A DNA stretch of 64,000 bases. It comes from Vulcanimicrobiota bacterium (lineage in GTDB: Bacteria; Vulcanimicrobiota; Vulcanimicrobiia; Vulcanimicrobiales; Vulcanimicrobiaceae). Location of the stretch: the NCBI GenBank assembly GCA_963786105.1, contig CAWAXX010000013.1, positions 32,001 through 96,000 of the forward strand, read 5' to 3'. The notes below the pieces were generated by a model. That model ran no database searches and had not been told where the DNA came from. It saw nothing but the letters and a program-made list of their open reading frames with translations. Both the position numbers and the translations under genes were made by a program. Of the stretch, positions 10,472 to 21,170 are shown piece by piece (position 1 is the stretch's first letter; each line of letters begins with the position of its first letter).

Positions 10472-12403
10472 ATGAACCAGGCCGCCGTCACGATCGAGCA
10501 GGTCTTCGCCGCCGATGGGCCGCTGAACCGCGCGCTGCCGGGTTTCGAGGCGCGGCCGGGTCAACTGCAGATGGCGCACCTCGTGGAACGGGGAATTCTC
10601 GAAGGCGTGCACACGATCGTCGAAGCCGGAACCGGCGTCGGCAAGTCGCTGGCGTATCTGGTTCCCGCCATTCGAAGCGGTAAAAAAGTCGTGCTCTCCA
10701 CCGGTACGATTGCGTTGCAGGAGCAACTCGTGCGCAAGGACATTCCGCTGGTGCAACGAGCGCTCGGCATCCCGGTACGCGTCACGCTGCTCAAGGGGCG
10801 CGGCCATTACCTTTGCAAGCAAAAGTTCGAGCGGGTGCGGGCGGATCGTTTGGTGGCATCTTCGCGTACCATGCAGCAGCTCTGGACGTGGGGGGCGCGA
10901 ACCCGGACCGGCGACCGCGCCGAGTTGCCGTTCGTACCCGGGTCCGACGAATGGGAACAGCTCGACGCCGACGCCGACGATTGCGTCGGCGAGTTTTGCG
11001 AGCACTTTCACGACTGCTTCTACTTCAAGAAGCGCGACGAAGCGAAGTATTCCGACCTGATAGTGGTCAATCACGCGTTGTTTTTCCTCGACCTCGCGGT
11101 CGGCGGCGGTTTACTGCCCCCCTACGACGTCGCCGTTCTCGACGAAGCTCACCAATGCGAGCGCTGGGCGACCGACGCGCTGACGTCCACCCTCTCGCGC
11201 GCGACGCTCGGCCGGATGATGCGAAAGTTTCGTCGAGTTTACGAGCTTCCGCCGGCGTTCGATACGCGGCTCGACGAAGGCGTTCGCGCGCTGGAATCCG
11301 CCTTGGCCTGCGTACCGGGCGACCGCTACCCGCTGGCGGCTAACGAGGCGGCATGGCCGGCGCTCGAAGACCTTCGCGACGCGTTGTATCAACTCGAGAA
11401 CTGGCTTTTCGCAAACTGGCATAGCGCGCTGAAGAACCGCCCCGAGAACGACGCCGAAGCGGAGCGTCGCCGCGATCTGACCATGCGCAGCCTCACCGCC
11501 CATTCGGCGACCATCGATCGCGCCGAGGCCGCGTCCGACCATGCCATCGCGTGGATCGAACGAGGCGAAGGCGACGGGCGCTACAGCTTGCATTGCGCGC
11601 CGCACGACGTAGCCGACTTCTTGCGCGCGACGCTGTTCGCGCACACGCAGAGCGTCGTACTGACGAGCGCAACCATCGCGCCGTTTGCCTTTCTCCGCCG
11701 CTCGTTGGGCCTGGACGACGCGGAAGAATTGGTCGCCCCGTCGCCTTTCGATTTCGACCGGCAGGCGCGACTGTTCGTGGCACCTCCGAAGCTAAACCCG
11801 AAGTCGCCGGACTTCGCCCGGCACGCCGCACCCTTGGTCGAAGAATGTCTCGACCGGTCGCGCGGGCGCGCGTTCGTACTCTTTACGTCGTACGCGCGCT
11901 TGCGCGAAGTCTACGCGCTCTTGCGCGAGCGGCTCGCTTTTCCCGTTAGATTGCAGGGCGAGCTTCCTCGCACCCAATTGTTGGAGTGGTTTCGCCGTAC
12001 GCCCAACGCGGTGCTGTTCGCTACCGGTACGTTTTGGGAAGGAATCGACGTCGTCGGCGAAGCGCTGTCATGCGTGATCATCGACCGTCTGCCGTTTCCG
12101 ACGCCCAACGATCCCCTCGTCATGGCACGCATACGCGCGCTGGAAGCCCGCGGTTTGGACGGTTTCGAGCACTATATGATCCCGGCCGCGACGGTGCGCT
12201 TGAAACAAGGCTTCGGGCGATTGATACGCAGCACGACCGACCGCGGCGTCGTCGCGCTGCTCGACGGGCGTGCCGCGTCCACGCGGTACGGAGCGACGAT
12301 TTTGGGTGCGCTGCCGCCCGCCCGGCGCATCGACCACCTCGACGAGCTCGGGGAGTTTTTCATCGCCGCAGCACGCGACGACGATCCCTCACTCGGCCGT
12401 TAG
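10472..12403 (+). CDS. DinG/YoaA family ATP-dependent DNA helicase (Fe-S)
   Basis: EAGTGVGKS, DEAH, Cys cluster, FWEGID, KQGFGRLIRS; ATG 10472. Confidence 0.93.
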   Translation: MNQAAVTIEQVFAADGPLNRALPGFEARPGQLQMAHLVERGILEGVHTIVEAGTGVGKSLAYLVPAIRSGKKVVLSTGTIALQEQLVRKDIPLVQRALGIPVRVTLLKGRGHYLCKQKFERVRADRLVASSRTMQQLWTWGARTRTGDRAELPFVPGSDEWEQLDADADDCVGEFCEHFHDCFYFKKRDEAKYSDLIVVNHALFFLDLAVGGGLLPPYDVAVLDEAHQCERWATDALTSTLSRATLGRMMRKFRRVYELPPAFDTRLDEGVRALESALACVPGDRYPLAANEAAWPALEDLRDALYQLENWLFANWHSALKNRPENDAEAERRRDLTMRSLTAHSATIDRAEAASDHAIAWIERGEGDGRYSLHCAPHDVADFLRATLFAHTQSVVLTSATIAPFAFLRRSLGLDDAEELVAPSPFDFDRQARLFVAPPKLNPKSPDFARHAAPLVEECLDRSRGRAFVLFTSYARLREVYALLRERLAFPVRLQGELPRTQLLEWFRRTPNAVLFATGTFWEGIDVVGEALSCVIIDRLPFPTPNDPLVMARIRALEARGLDGFEHYMIPAATVRLKQGFGRLIRSTTDRGVVALLDGRAASTRYGATILGALPPARRIDHLDELGEFFIAAARDDDPSLGR

Positions 12404-14350
12404 CGATTCAGCCTTGGCGCGCTCCTGAAGCTCGTGCACGATCGACGAATCCGCGAGGGTCGTCGTGTCGCCCAACGTGCGCCCTTCGGCGATGTCGCGC
12501 AGGAGGCGCCGCATAATCTTGCCGCTTCGAGTTTTCGGAAGCTCTTGCGTGAACGTGACGTACTTGGGTTTCGTAAATTTCCCAAGCTTTTCGGCGACGT
12601 GCTCGCGCAGTTCGTCGGCTAACTCGTCCGAGCCGGGATCGCCCCCACGCAGCGTCACGAACGCGTAGATCGCCTGCCCCGTTACCTCGTCGAGCTTCCC
12701 GCACACGGCCGCTTCGGCTACCCTTAGGTGATCGACCAGCGCGCTCTCGACTTCGGTGGTCGAAATCCGGTGGCCGCTGACGTTCATGACGTCGTCGATG
12801 CGTCCCATGAACCAGAAGTTGCCGTGGGCGTCGCGCCGGCAACCGTCGCCGGCCAAGTAAACGTGCGGGAACCTCGACCAATAGGTTTGCCGGTAGCGGT
12901 CGTCGTCGCCCCAGATGCCGCGCAACATTCCGGGCCACGGGCGCGTGAGCACGACGTAGCCGCCGCCGCCCAACGGAACCGACCGACCGCCTTCGTCGAC
13001 GATGTCGGCGAAAATGCCCGGGATGGCGTGCGTCGCACTGCCGGGAAGCAGCGTGGTGATGCCCGGAAGCGGAGCGATCATGATGCCGCCGGTCTCCGTT
13101 TGCCACCACGTGTCCACGACTGGTATGCGATTTCCGCCGATCCATTGCCGGTACCACATCCACGCCTCGGGGTTGATCGGCTCGCCGACGGTCCCCAAGA
13201 GTCGCAGCGTCGACAAATCGTGCTTGGCCGGATACTCGACGCCCCACTTCATGAACGTGCGAATCGCCGTCGGCGCGGTATACAAGATCGTGACTTTGTA
13301 GCGCTCGACGATATCCCAGAAACGGTCCTTGTCGGGGAAATCCGGCGTGCCTTCGTAGATGACGCTGGTCGCGCCGTTGGCCAGCGGACCGTAAACGACG
13401 TACGAGTGGCCGGTCACCCAGCCGATGTCGGCGGTGCACCAGAACACGTCGCGATCGGGCTTCAAATCGAAGACGAGTTCGTGCGTCATCGCCGCTTGCG
13501 TCAGGTAACCGGCGGTCGTGTGCTTGATGCCTTTCGGCTTTGCTGTGGTCCCGCTGGTATAGAGGAGGAACAACAAGTCTTCGGCGTTCATCGGCTCGGG
13601 CTTGCAGGTCGCCGGTTGGCCGGCGACGATCTCGCTCCAGCGGTAATCGCGCCCTTCGTGCATGAAGACGTCGTCCTCGATACGTCCGGCGACGATGCAG
13701 TGCCGAATTGACGGCGTCCGTTCCATAGCGATGTCGCAGTTGCGCTTGAGCGGAACCTTGTGGCCTCGTCGCCATCCCCAGTCGCACGTAACGAGCGCGA
13801 TGCAATCGGCGTCGGTCACGCGATCGACGATCGATTCGGGCGAGAAACCGCCGAAGATGACGGAGTGCGCGGCACCTATGCGCGCGCACGCAAGCATGGC
13901 GATTGGAAGTTCCGGAATCATCGGCATATAAATCGCCACCCGGTCACCTTTGCGAATGCCGAGCTGACGCAAACCATTGGCAAAACGGCATACGTCGTCG
14001 AGTAGCTGTCGATACGTGATGGTGCGGCGGTCGCCCGGCTCGCCTTCGAAGTAATACGCGATTTTATCGCCGTTGCCGGCCCGCACGTGACGGTCCAAGC
14101 AGTTCACCGAAGCGTTGAGTTGCCCGTCGCCGAACCAGGAGGCAAACGGTTCGTTCCATTGCAGCGTCGTTGAGAAGGGCTTCATCCACTCGAGTTTTCG
14201 CGCCCACGACGCCCAGAATTCCAAGTAGTCCTTTTCGGCTCGTTCGTAAATTCCGGGTCGCGCGTTTGCTTGACTGGCGAAGTCGGCTGGCGGCGCAAAG
14301 GTGCGCGTCTCGTCGGAAAACGTTTCGATAGCGTTGGAATTGCTGCTCAT
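12389..14350 (-). CDS. acs: Acetyl-CoA synthetase
   Basis: YTSGTTAKPKG, DTWWQTETGG, PKTRSGKIMRR. Confidence 0.96.
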   Translation of the reverse strand: MSSNSNAIETFSDETRTFAPPADFASQANARPGIYERAEKDYLEFWASWARKLEWMKPFSTTLQWNEPFASWFGDGQLNASVNCLDRHVRAGNGDKIAYYFEGEPGDRRTITYRQLLDDVCRFANGLRQLGIRKGDRVAIYMPMIPELPIAMLACARIGAAHSVIFGGFSPESIVDRVTDADCIALVTCDWGWRRGHKVPLKRNCDIAMERTPSIRHCIVAGRIEDDVFMHEGRDYRWSEIVAGQPATCKPEPMNAEDLLFLLYTSGTTAKPKGIKHTTAGYLTQAAMTHELVFDLKPDRDVFWCTADIGWVTGHSYVVYGPLANGATSVIYEGTPDFPDKDRFWDIVERYKVTILYTAPTAIRTFMKWGVEYPAKHDLSTLRLLGTVGEPINPEAWMWYRQWIGGNRIPVVDTWWQTETGGIMIAPLPGITTLLPGSATHAIPGIFADIVDEGGRSVPLGGGGYVVLTRPWPGMLRGIWGDDDRYRQTYWSRFPHVYLAGDGCRRDAHGNFWFMGRIDDVMNVSGHRISTTEVESALVDHLRVAEAAVCGKLDEVTGQAIYAFVTLRGGDPGSDELADELREHVAEKLGKFTKPKYVTFTQELPKTRSGKIMRRLLRDIAEGRTLGDTTTLADSSIVHELQERAKAESLTAE

Positions 14351-14399
14351 GTGCTTTCGTTAACGAGGCTGGGCGGTCGCGCCTGCCGAAACATCGTGC

Positions 14400-14936
14400 G
14401 TGATCAGCTGGAGCTCGCTCGTGCTCGCGGTGTTGACGGCGACAACCGGCACCGGCCTCGCGGGCATCCGGTACAACGCACCACCGCCCGACTTCGCGAT
14501 TCCATCGCCGCAGGGCACCCGCTATCTGTCCGATTTACGTGGGCGTGTGGTCGTCATCGACTTTTGGGCGAGCTGGTGCCAGGTGTGTACCGACGAGATG
14601 AAGGACTTCGTGCGGGCGCAGCAGTCGTTCGGTGACCGCCTCGCGGTGCTCACCGTCTCACCGGACTCGCACGACGTTGCCGCAACCTACTTTCGGTTTT
14701 CGAATATCTCTCTTCCGGTGGTCGAGGATTCCGCGGGAACCATCTCGCGCGCGTACGCCGTTTCGAAGATTCCGGTGACCGTGGTCCTGGATCCGAACGG
14801 GAACGTGTCCTACGTCTCGGTGGGTGCCCTCGACTGGAACGAGCTGCGCGGCGCGATCGAACAGGCCGAGGGCGCCCCTAGCCTTCCCCGTGGCCCGCAG
14901 AATCCTAGCACTCCTTCGCCAAGAGTGCTACAGTAG
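14400..14936 (+). CDS. TlpA/ResA-like thioredoxin, exported
   Basis: Hydrophobic N-terminus; APPPDF; FWASWCQVC; IPVTVVLD. Confidence 0.85.
   Translation: MISWSSLVLAVLTATTGTGLAGIRYNAPPPDFAIPSPQGTRYLSDLRGRVVVIDFWASWCQVCTDEMKDFVRAQQSFGDRLAVLTVSPDSHDVAATYFRFSNISLPVVEDSAGTISRAYAVSKIPVTVVLDPNGNVSYVSVGALDWNELRGAIEQAEGAPSLPRGPQNPSTPSPRVLQ
14905..14931 (+). promoter_or_regulatory. CIRCE element (HrcA operator)
   Basis: CTAGCACTC-N9-GAGTGCTAC versus consensus TTAGCACTC-N9-GAGTGCTAA; ends 11 bp before hrcA. Confidence 0.93.
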
Positions 14937-14942
14937 GAGGCT

Positions 14943-15992
14943 ATGAGGGAAGAGCAGGGAGGGCTCGACAAGCGCAAGGCTTACATCCTGGCGACCGTCG
15001 TCTACGAATATATTGCCACCGCCGAGCCGGTGGGGTCGCAGACCCTGACCCAAAAATACCACCTGGGAGTGAGCTCCGCGACCGTTCGGAACGAAATGGC
15101 CGAGCTCGAAGCGGGCGGTTACTTGGTTCAGCCGCACACCTCGGCTGGCCGAATCCCGTCGGATGCCGGCTATCGAACCTACGTCGACCAGCTGATGGAA
15201 CCGGAGGAACTGGCCCCGGACGACCGGCGCCGGATTCGCGAGGACCTGCGCGACGCGAGCCGGCAGCTCGACGATATCATCGAGAGCACCACGCGCCTGC
15301 TCGGGCGGCTTTCCAATAACCTCGCTTTCGTGACCAAGCCGCACCAGGAGGCCCAGACCTTCAAGCACGTTCAATTGATTTGGCTCACGCCGCGCACGGG
15401 CGTCGCGATCATCGTGACGTCGCTCGGCGTCGCCGCTCAAAGCTTGTTCGAGCTTACCGCCGACATGCGAGCCGACGATCTCACCCGCTTGTCGAACGCG
15501 CTCAACGCGCGCTTTGCGAATCGTCCGTTGCGCGACGTTACCGAAGCCGAGGTCGTTCGCATCGCCGAAGAGATCGGCGCGCACGAGGATTTGCGCGGCG
15601 CCGTAAAGACGGCCCTTCAATCGGCACGCTCGGACGAACAACCGACCATCGCGTCGGCCGGTGCTCAAAATCTGCTCGACCAGCCCGAATTTCAGGATCT
15701 GCGGAAGCTGCGCTCGATCCTTCGAATCGTCGAGGAGCAAAAGACGCTCTACGAAATCGTCGCCGACGCCATGAGCGCCGAAGTCCCGAGCGTCAAAATC
15801 GGACACGAACTCGGCAGCGAGGAACTCGCCGACCTGTCGGTGGTGACGGTTCCGTATCGCTTCGGTCAGCACGCCCTCGGTATGCTGTCCATCCTTGGAC
15901 CACGCCGGATGCCGTACGGGCGCCTTGTTGCGTTGGCTTCCGGCACCGCGCAGAGTCTCAGCGAACGTCTCTCCGACGTCGAGCACTATTAG
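14943..15992 (+). CDS. hrcA: Heat-inducible transcription repressor HrcA
   Basis: AEPVGS, SSATVRNEMAELE, QPHTSAGRIPS, GPRRMPY. Confidence 0.97.
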   Translation: MREEQGGLDKRKAYILATVVYEYIATAEPVGSQTLTQKYHLGVSSATVRNEMAELEAGGYLVQPHTSAGRIPSDAGYRTYVDQLMEPEELAPDDRRRIREDLRDASRQLDDIIESTTRLLGRLSNNLAFVTKPHQEAQTFKHVQLIWLTPRTGVAIIVTSLGVAAQSLFELTADMRADDLTRLSNALNARFANRPLRDVTEAEVVRIAEEIGAHEDLRGAVKTALQSARSDEQPTIASAGAQNLLDQPEFQDLRKLRSILRIVEEQKTLYEIVADAMSAEVPSVKIGHELGSEELADLSVVTVPYRFGQHALGMLSILGPRRMPYGRLVALASGTAQSLSERLSDVEHY

Positions 15993-16001
15993 CAAGCATT
16001 G

Positions 16002-17117
16002 ATGTCCACGACGGACTACTACGAGATCCTCGGAGTCGGACGCGACGCAACCGGGGACGAGATTAAGCAAGCGTACCGGCGTCTCGCACGTAAGCATCAC
16101 CCCGACGTTTCCGACGACAAGTCGGAAGCGGAGTTGCGTTTTAAGAAGATCAACGAGGCCTACGAAGTCCTTTCGGATCCGGCCAAGCGCGCACAATACG
16201 ACCGTTTCGGGGTCGTGACCAACGGCGCCACGCAAGGCGGCTTTGGTTTCGAAGGAGGATCGTTCGGTGACATCTTCGACATGTTCTTCGGCAACGTTCG
16301 CGGCGCCGCACAGACGCGCCGCGCCGGTCCGCAACGCGGCTCGGATCTGCGCTACGATCAAGAAATTACGCTAGAAGAAGCGTTCGCCGGGACGACCAAA
16401 GAGATCGAGTTTGCGCACCTCGCGCAGTGCGACGTCTGTCGCGGGTCGGGCGCGCGTCCAGGGACGCTGGTAACCGCGTGCGCGACCTGTCACGGAAGCG
16501 GCGTCGTGCGCGGCGTACGACAAACGCCGCTCGGCCAAATGGTAACTCAGTCGGCGTGCGCGCGCTGCGGCGGCGAAGGACACGTCATCGAACATCCCTG
16601 TGAAGCGTGTCGCGGTCACGGACGCCGTGAAACGGAACGGCGCTTGACGGTCAAGGTTCCGGCCGGCATCGACGACGGTTCGCGAATTCGTATAGGAGGA
16701 AGTGGCGAAGCGGGAACGCGCGGCGGACCTCCAGGCGACCTCTACGTGTATTTTAGCGTCGCGCCGCACTCGTATTTCAAACGCGACGGACTCGACACGT
16801 ACGCCGACGTACCGGTAAGTTTTCCGCAGGCGGCATTGGGCGGCCCAATCGCCGTGCGGTCGCTGGACGGTGACGTGGAGCTGAATTTGACCGCAGGCAC
16901 GCAATCGGGAACCGTCTTGCGCTTGCGTGGCCGTGGGATGCCGAGCGTACGCGGGGCGCACCGCGGCGACCATCACGTCACCATTCATGTGTTGGTCCCG
17001 ACGAAGCTGAACCGGCACCAGCGCGAGTTGCTCGAAGAGTACGCGCGCGCCGGGGGCGACGCCGTCGAGGAGCGTTCGTTCTTCGAACGCGTCAAGGACG
17101 CGTTCCGGCCGGAATAA
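16002..17117 (+). CDS. dnaJ: Chaperone DnaJ
   Basis: J domain with HPD, G/F region, four CxxCxGxG repeats. Confidence 0.97.
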   Translation: MSTTDYYEILGVGRDATGDEIKQAYRRLARKHHPDVSDDKSEAELRFKKINEAYEVLSDPAKRAQYDRFGVVTNGATQGGFGFEGGSFGDIFDMFFGNVRGAAQTRRAGPQRGSDLRYDQEITLEEAFAGTTKEIEFAHLAQCDVCRGSGARPGTLVTACATCHGSGVVRGVRQTPLGQMVTQSACARCGGEGHVIEHPCEACRGHGRRETERRLTVKVPAGIDDGSRIRIGGSGEAGTRGGPPGDLYVYFSVAPHSYFKRDGLDTYADVPVSFPQAALGGPIAVRSLDGDVELNLTAGTQSGTVLRLRGRGMPSVRGAHRGDHHVTIHVLVPTKLNRHQRELLEEYARAGGDAVEERSFFERVKDAFRPE

Positions 17118-17132
17118 ACCGGCAGGCGTAGA

Positions 17133-17912
17133 GTGTCCGCGCGGCGTTTCTTCGTGGAAGGGGTGTGCGAAACGGGAGCGAGTGTGGAGATCGCAGGAAG
17201 CGACGCACGAAAAATCGTGCGCGTCCTGCGTTTGGTCGACGGCGATGCGATCGAAGTAATCGACTCCGCTGGAACGGTGTTTGCGGCGTCGATCGCCATT
17301 GACGGAACGCTCGTCCGCGCGACGCTCGACGCGGCGGGAACCTCGGAAGATCCGGCTAGCGGCGCAGATACCGATTCTCCGCGCTTCGATGTGGCGCAAG
17401 CGCTTCCCAAGAGCGCGAAGATGGATTTCATCGTCGAGAAGACGACCGAACTCGGCGTCGGGGCCATCCTTCCCTTTCGCTCCGAGCGGACGGTTGCGCG
17501 CGATGCCGGCGATGCGAAAGTACAACGCTGGCGCCGTTTGGCAAGAGCCGCCGCGCAGCAGTGCGGGCGGCGCAGCATCCCGCAGATCGGGGCCGTCCTG
17601 CCGTCGTTCGACGCGCTGCTCGAACGCTTCGATGACTACGGCGTGGTGCTGTTTGGGTGGGAACTCGCACCGCGCACCCTGCTGCGCGACGTTTTGCCCG
17701 ACTTGCTGGGAGGCGTACGCCGGGCGCTGATTGTGGTCGGGCCGGAGGGTGGATTCACGCACGATGAAGCCGAGGCGGCGCGCGCGCGGGGGGCCGCGCT
17801 GGTCTGGATGGGTCCGCGAATCCTGCGAACGGAAACTGCGGCGATGGCGCTGCTGGCGATCGCCGACGCGTTGACGCAGGGCCGGAACTGCAGCCAAGCG
17901 CGTCGTACGTAG
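17133..17912 (+). CDS. rsmE: 16S rRNA m3U1498 methyltransferase
   Basis: EKTTELGV, AAQQCGR, GPEGGF, RILRTETA. Confidence 0.95.
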   Translation: MSARRFFVEGVCETGASVEIAGSDARKIVRVLRLVDGDAIEVIDSAGTVFAASIAIDGTLVRATLDAAGTSEDPASGADTDSPRFDVAQALPKSAKMDFIVEKTTELGVGAILPFRSERTVARDAGDAKVQRWRRLARAAAQQCGRRSIPQIGAVLPSFDALLERFDDYGVVLFGWELAPRTLLRDVLPDLLGGVRRALIVVGPEGGFTHDEAEAARARGAALVWMGPRILRTETAAMALLAIADALTQGRNCSQARRT

Positions 17913-17924
17913 GGGACTTCTGAT

Positions 17925-18659
17925 ATGGCGCTACCCTTTTCCATCGTCATTCCGACGTACAACGAGGCCGGCGGAATCGAAACGCTGCTGCGAGCCCTCG
18001 ACGGTATTTTCAAGGCCAACGCGCTCGACGGCGAAATCATCGTGGTCGACGATAATTCCCCTGACGGAACTGGCGCGATCGTCGATCGCCTCTCACAAAC
18101 GCTGCCGGTCAAATGTCTCCATCGACCGGAGAAACTTGGCTTGTCCTCGGGGGTCATCGACGGCTGGAAGGTCGCGCGGAAGGAGTCGGTCGCGCTTGGT
18201 GCCATGGACGCCGATTTCAGCCACGACATCAGCGCTTTGCCGAAAATGGTCGAGGCTCTCGAATCGGGGCGTTACGGTTTGGCCGTCGGTAGCCGCTACG
18301 TCGCCGGCGGCGGCATCGCCAATTGGCCGCGGCGGCGCATCGTCACGTCGCGCGTCGCCTGCTGGCTGGCGCGCCCGCTCACGAAAGTGAAAGACGTGAC
18401 CAGCGGTTACTTTTTGGTTCGGCGCGAAGCTCTCGATGGCGTAACGCTCGACCCGATCGGTTTCAAGATCGGTCTCGAAGTGATCGTGAAAGGCAAATAC
18501 GGCAACGTGCTCGAGGTCCCGTACGTCTTCAAGGACCGCGTCGTCGGCGAATCCAAGCTCAACCAAAAAGAAATCTGGAATTACCTGAAACAGTTACGCA
18601 AGCTCTATTCGGCGCGCCTGCTTCCCAACGGGATAGCGATCTCGAAGGAGAGACTCTAG
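17925..18659 (+). CDS. Polyprenol-monophosphomannose synthase-like GT2 glycosyltransferase
   Basis: IPTYNE, DDNSPDGT, MDADFSH, GSRY, GESKL. Confidence 0.9.
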   Translation: MALPFSIVIPTYNEAGGIETLLRALDGIFKANALDGEIIVVDDNSPDGTGAIVDRLSQTLPVKCLHRPEKLGLSSGVIDGWKVARKESVALGAMDADFSHDISALPKMVEALESGRYGLAVGSRYVAGGGIANWPRRRIVTSRVACWLARPLTKVKDVTSGYFLVRREALDGVTLDPIGFKIGLEVIVKGKYGNVLEVPYVFKDRVVGESKLNQKEIWNYLKQLRKLYSARLLPNGIAISKERL

Positions 18660-19508
18660 GTGCCGATGCCGGAGTGGCTGCGCATTCGCCGCAGCAAAGA
18701 TTCCGAGAATCGCGAAGCCGCGTTGTGGAGCAAATGCCCGAAGTGCGGAGAAGTGCTGTATCGCCGCGATCTGCTGGCGAACGCGTACGTGTGCACGCGC
18801 TGCGGTCACCATTTTCGTATGGGCGCGTACGACCGCATCAGCACGATTATCGACGGCGATTTCACCGAAGTGGGAGCGGAGATCGTCGGCGGCGACCCGC
18901 TGGGCTGGGTCGATAAAAAGACCTACGCAGCGAAGTTGAGCGGCGATCGCGAAAAGAGCGGCTTGGCCGAAGCGGTCGTATGCGGATTCGGGCAGATCGG
19001 CGGCTTCGACGTCGGTCTGGGCGTCATGGACTTTCATTTTCGTGGCGGTACGATGGGGACGGTCGTGGGCGAGCGAATCGCTCAGCTCTTGGAAGAGTCG
19101 CGCCGTCGTCGCGTTCCGTGCATCATTTTTACGGCCTCAGGCGGAGCGCGCATGGAAGAAGGAATGCTGGCGCTCGTGCAAATGGCGAAGACGAGTGGTG
19201 CCGTAACGCGTTTCACCGACGACGGCAACGTGCTGATCACCGTTCTGACGGATCCGACGACCGGCGGCGTCGCGGCCTCGTTCGCCTTTCAAGGTGACGT
19301 CATCGTCGCCGAGTCCAAGGCGGTGATCGGCTTTGCCGGCCGGCGCGTGATCGAGCAGACGATCCGCCAGCGCCTTCCCGATCAGTTTCAAACGGCCGAG
19401 TTCTTGCTCGAGAAGGGCGCGATCGACATGGTGGTCGATCGGCGCGCGCTCAAAGAGACGCTGGTGCGCCTGCTCGAATACACGGCGGGAACGCGAACGC
19501 CTCGATGA
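18660..19508 (+). CDS. accD: Acetyl-CoA carboxylase carboxyltransferase beta subunit
   Basis: WSKCPKC...CTRC zinc finger, SGGARMEEG, DPTTGGV, GFAGRRVI. Confidence 0.96.
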   Translation: MPMPEWLRIRRSKDSENREAALWSKCPKCGEVLYRRDLLANAYVCTRCGHHFRMGAYDRISTIIDGDFTEVGAEIVGGDPLGWVDKKTYAAKLSGDREKSGLAEAVVCGFGQIGGFDVGLGVMDFHFRGGTMGTVVGERIAQLLEESRRRRVPCIIFTASGGARMEEGMLALVQMAKTSGAVTRFTDDGNVLITVLTDPTTGGVAASFAFQGDVIVAESKAVIGFAGRRVIEQTIRQRLPDQFQTAEFLLEKGAIDMVVDRRALKETLVRLLEYTAGTRTPR

Positions 19509-20491
19509 GCAACAATCTCATCGTCGAACGCGAAAAAGGCTTGGTCGAACTCGAGCGCCGCATCGACGAGTTGCGCACCGTCAACGCGACGCAGCCAGTC
19601 GACATGTCCTCGGAGATCGCCGCCCTCGAACAAAAATATCAAGAGATCTTACACGAGGTATTCGGCGCACTTACTCCCTGGGAGAAGGTGCACATGGCCC
19701 GCCATCCGAGCCGGCCTACGTCGCTTGACTATATTTCACGGTTCGATCGCTTCGACGAATTGCACGGCGATCGACAGTTCCGGGACGATCCCTCGATCGT
19801 CGGAGGGTTCGCCCTGCTGCACGGACGTGTCGTGATGGCGATCGGCCAGCAGCGCGGCCGCGACACCAAAGAGAATCTTCGCCGCAACTTCGGAATGCCG
19901 GCACCCGAGGGGTATCGCAAAGTCCGGCGGCTGGCGCATCTGGCTTCGCGTTTGGGCTTGCCGATCGTGACGCTGGTCGATACCAAAGGAGCCGATCCCG
20001 GAATTTCTTCGGAAGAGCACGCGCAGTCGGAAGCGATCGCCGCCTGTTTGCACGAGTTCACCTCGGCGCGCGTGCCGATCGTCGCAACCGTGATCGGAGA
20101 AGGGGGCTCGGGCGGCGCGCTGGCGCTCGCAATTGCCGATCACACGATCATGCTGGAGCACAGCACGTACTCGGTTGCTTCGCCGGAAGGCTGCGCCGCG
20201 ATTCTCTGGTCGGATGCGACCAAGGCGGAAGAAGCCGCCGCGCGGTTGAAGTTAACCGCCCAAGACCTCCAGCGATTCGGCATCGTCGACGAGATCGTAC
20301 CTGAACCACTCGGGGGTGCGCACCGCAATGCGAGCGACGTTGTGACGCGCGTGTTAACGGTGGTGGATGCGGCGGTGGCGCGGTTGGCGGCGCGTTCGCC
20401 GGAGGAACTGTTGGAGGATCGGTATCTGAAGTATCGCCGGCTAGGGGCATGGCAAACAACGCACGGGGAAGCAATCGGCCAAAGCACGTGA
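19505..20491 (+). CDS. accA: Acetyl-CoA carboxylase carboxyltransferase alpha subunit
   Basis: ARHPSRP, ELHGDR, NFGMPAPEGYRK, GEGGSGGALA. Confidence 0.96.
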   Translation: MSNNLIVEREKGLVELERRIDELRTVNATQPVDMSSEIAALEQKYQEILHEVFGALTPWEKVHMARHPSRPTSLDYISRFDRFDELHGDRQFRDDPSIVGGFALLHGRVVMAIGQQRGRDTKENLRRNFGMPAPEGYRKVRRLAHLASRLGLPIVTLVDTKGADPGISSEEHAQSEAIAACLHEFTSARVPIVATVIGEGGSGGALALAIADHTIMLEHSTYSVASPEGCAAILWSDATKAEEAAARLKLTAQDLQRFGIVDEIVPEPLGGAHRNASDVVTRVLTVVDAAVARLAARSPEELLEDRYLKYRRLGAWQTTHGEAIGQST

Positions 20492-20808
20492 CGCAAGCGA
20501 TGCAGGCCCGTCTCGTCCTGCGCCTTACCGGTCGCATCACAGCGGCGGCGCTCGCGCTGCTCATTTTCACCCTGGTTGGAATACAGTTCGCCCGCGTGAT
20601 CGGGGAAAACGTCGCGATGGTTCGGCAGCTCTCGTCGGTGCGCGCGGATGTCGCCGCCTTGCGGAAGCACAGCGCCGAGCAGCGCCGCGAAATCGACCGC
20701 CTGCGCGACCCGGAAGGCGCGATCCCCGAAATCCACGACCGGCTGCGCATGGTGCGCGCGAACGAGACCATCATTTTCGTCAGCCCCGCGCCGTCGTCGG
20801 CCCCGTGA
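20488..20808 (+). CDS. Septum formation initiator (FtsB/DivIC family)
   Basis: Single TM helix, coiled coil, LRDP...RLRMVRANETI; GTGA overlap with accA. Confidence 0.8.
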   Translation: MTQAMQARLVLRLTGRITAAALALLIFTLVGIQFARVIGENVAMVRQLSSVRADVAALRKHSAEQRREIDRLRDPEGAIPEIHDRLRMVRANETIIFVSPAPSSAP

Positions 20809-21161
20809 CCGAGTCGATCGACGGCATCGTTATCAATCTCAACGCCTACGGCGCGACGGTACGGCTCGAGAACGGCGATCTTGCGACGGCCTCGACGGCC
20901 GACGTGGAGGCCCACCGCGCCGAGTACCAACGGTCACTCGTCGCCCGCCGCGAGCTGCCCTTCGAGCTGAGGCGCGAAGGACGCCGGCCGGTGGTAGTGC
21001 TCGCACCGCAGATTCGCGACGAGGCGCTCGACGAGCGCATCGCCTCCTATCTCAAAAGCACGCAAGAGTGGGATGCCCCCGACGGGGTCCCGCAGGCGGA
21101 TCGCCATTTCTTGCACAAGAAGCGCCGCGCGGCGCTATTCGAATCAAAGCATCAGGCGTAG
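20805..21161 (+). CDS. Divergent S1-domain protein (YabR-like)
   Basis: GIVINLNAYGATVRLENG resembles S1 strands 1-2; C-terminal LDERIASYLKST; position after divIC. Confidence 0.55.
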   Translation: MTESIDGIVINLNAYGATVRLENGDLATASTADVEAHRAEYQRSLVARRELPFELRREGRRPVVVLAPQIRDEALDERIASYLKSTQEWDAPDGVPQADRHFLHKKRRAALFESKHQA

Positions 21162-21170
21162 GAGCGTTTC

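Noticed and set aside
12408..17897. Long alternative-frame and antisense ORFs (e.g. 12408..13889, 14928..16361, 16371..17897)
   Set aside because: Shadow ORFs expected in GC-rich DNA, overlapping well-supported genes and lacking motifs
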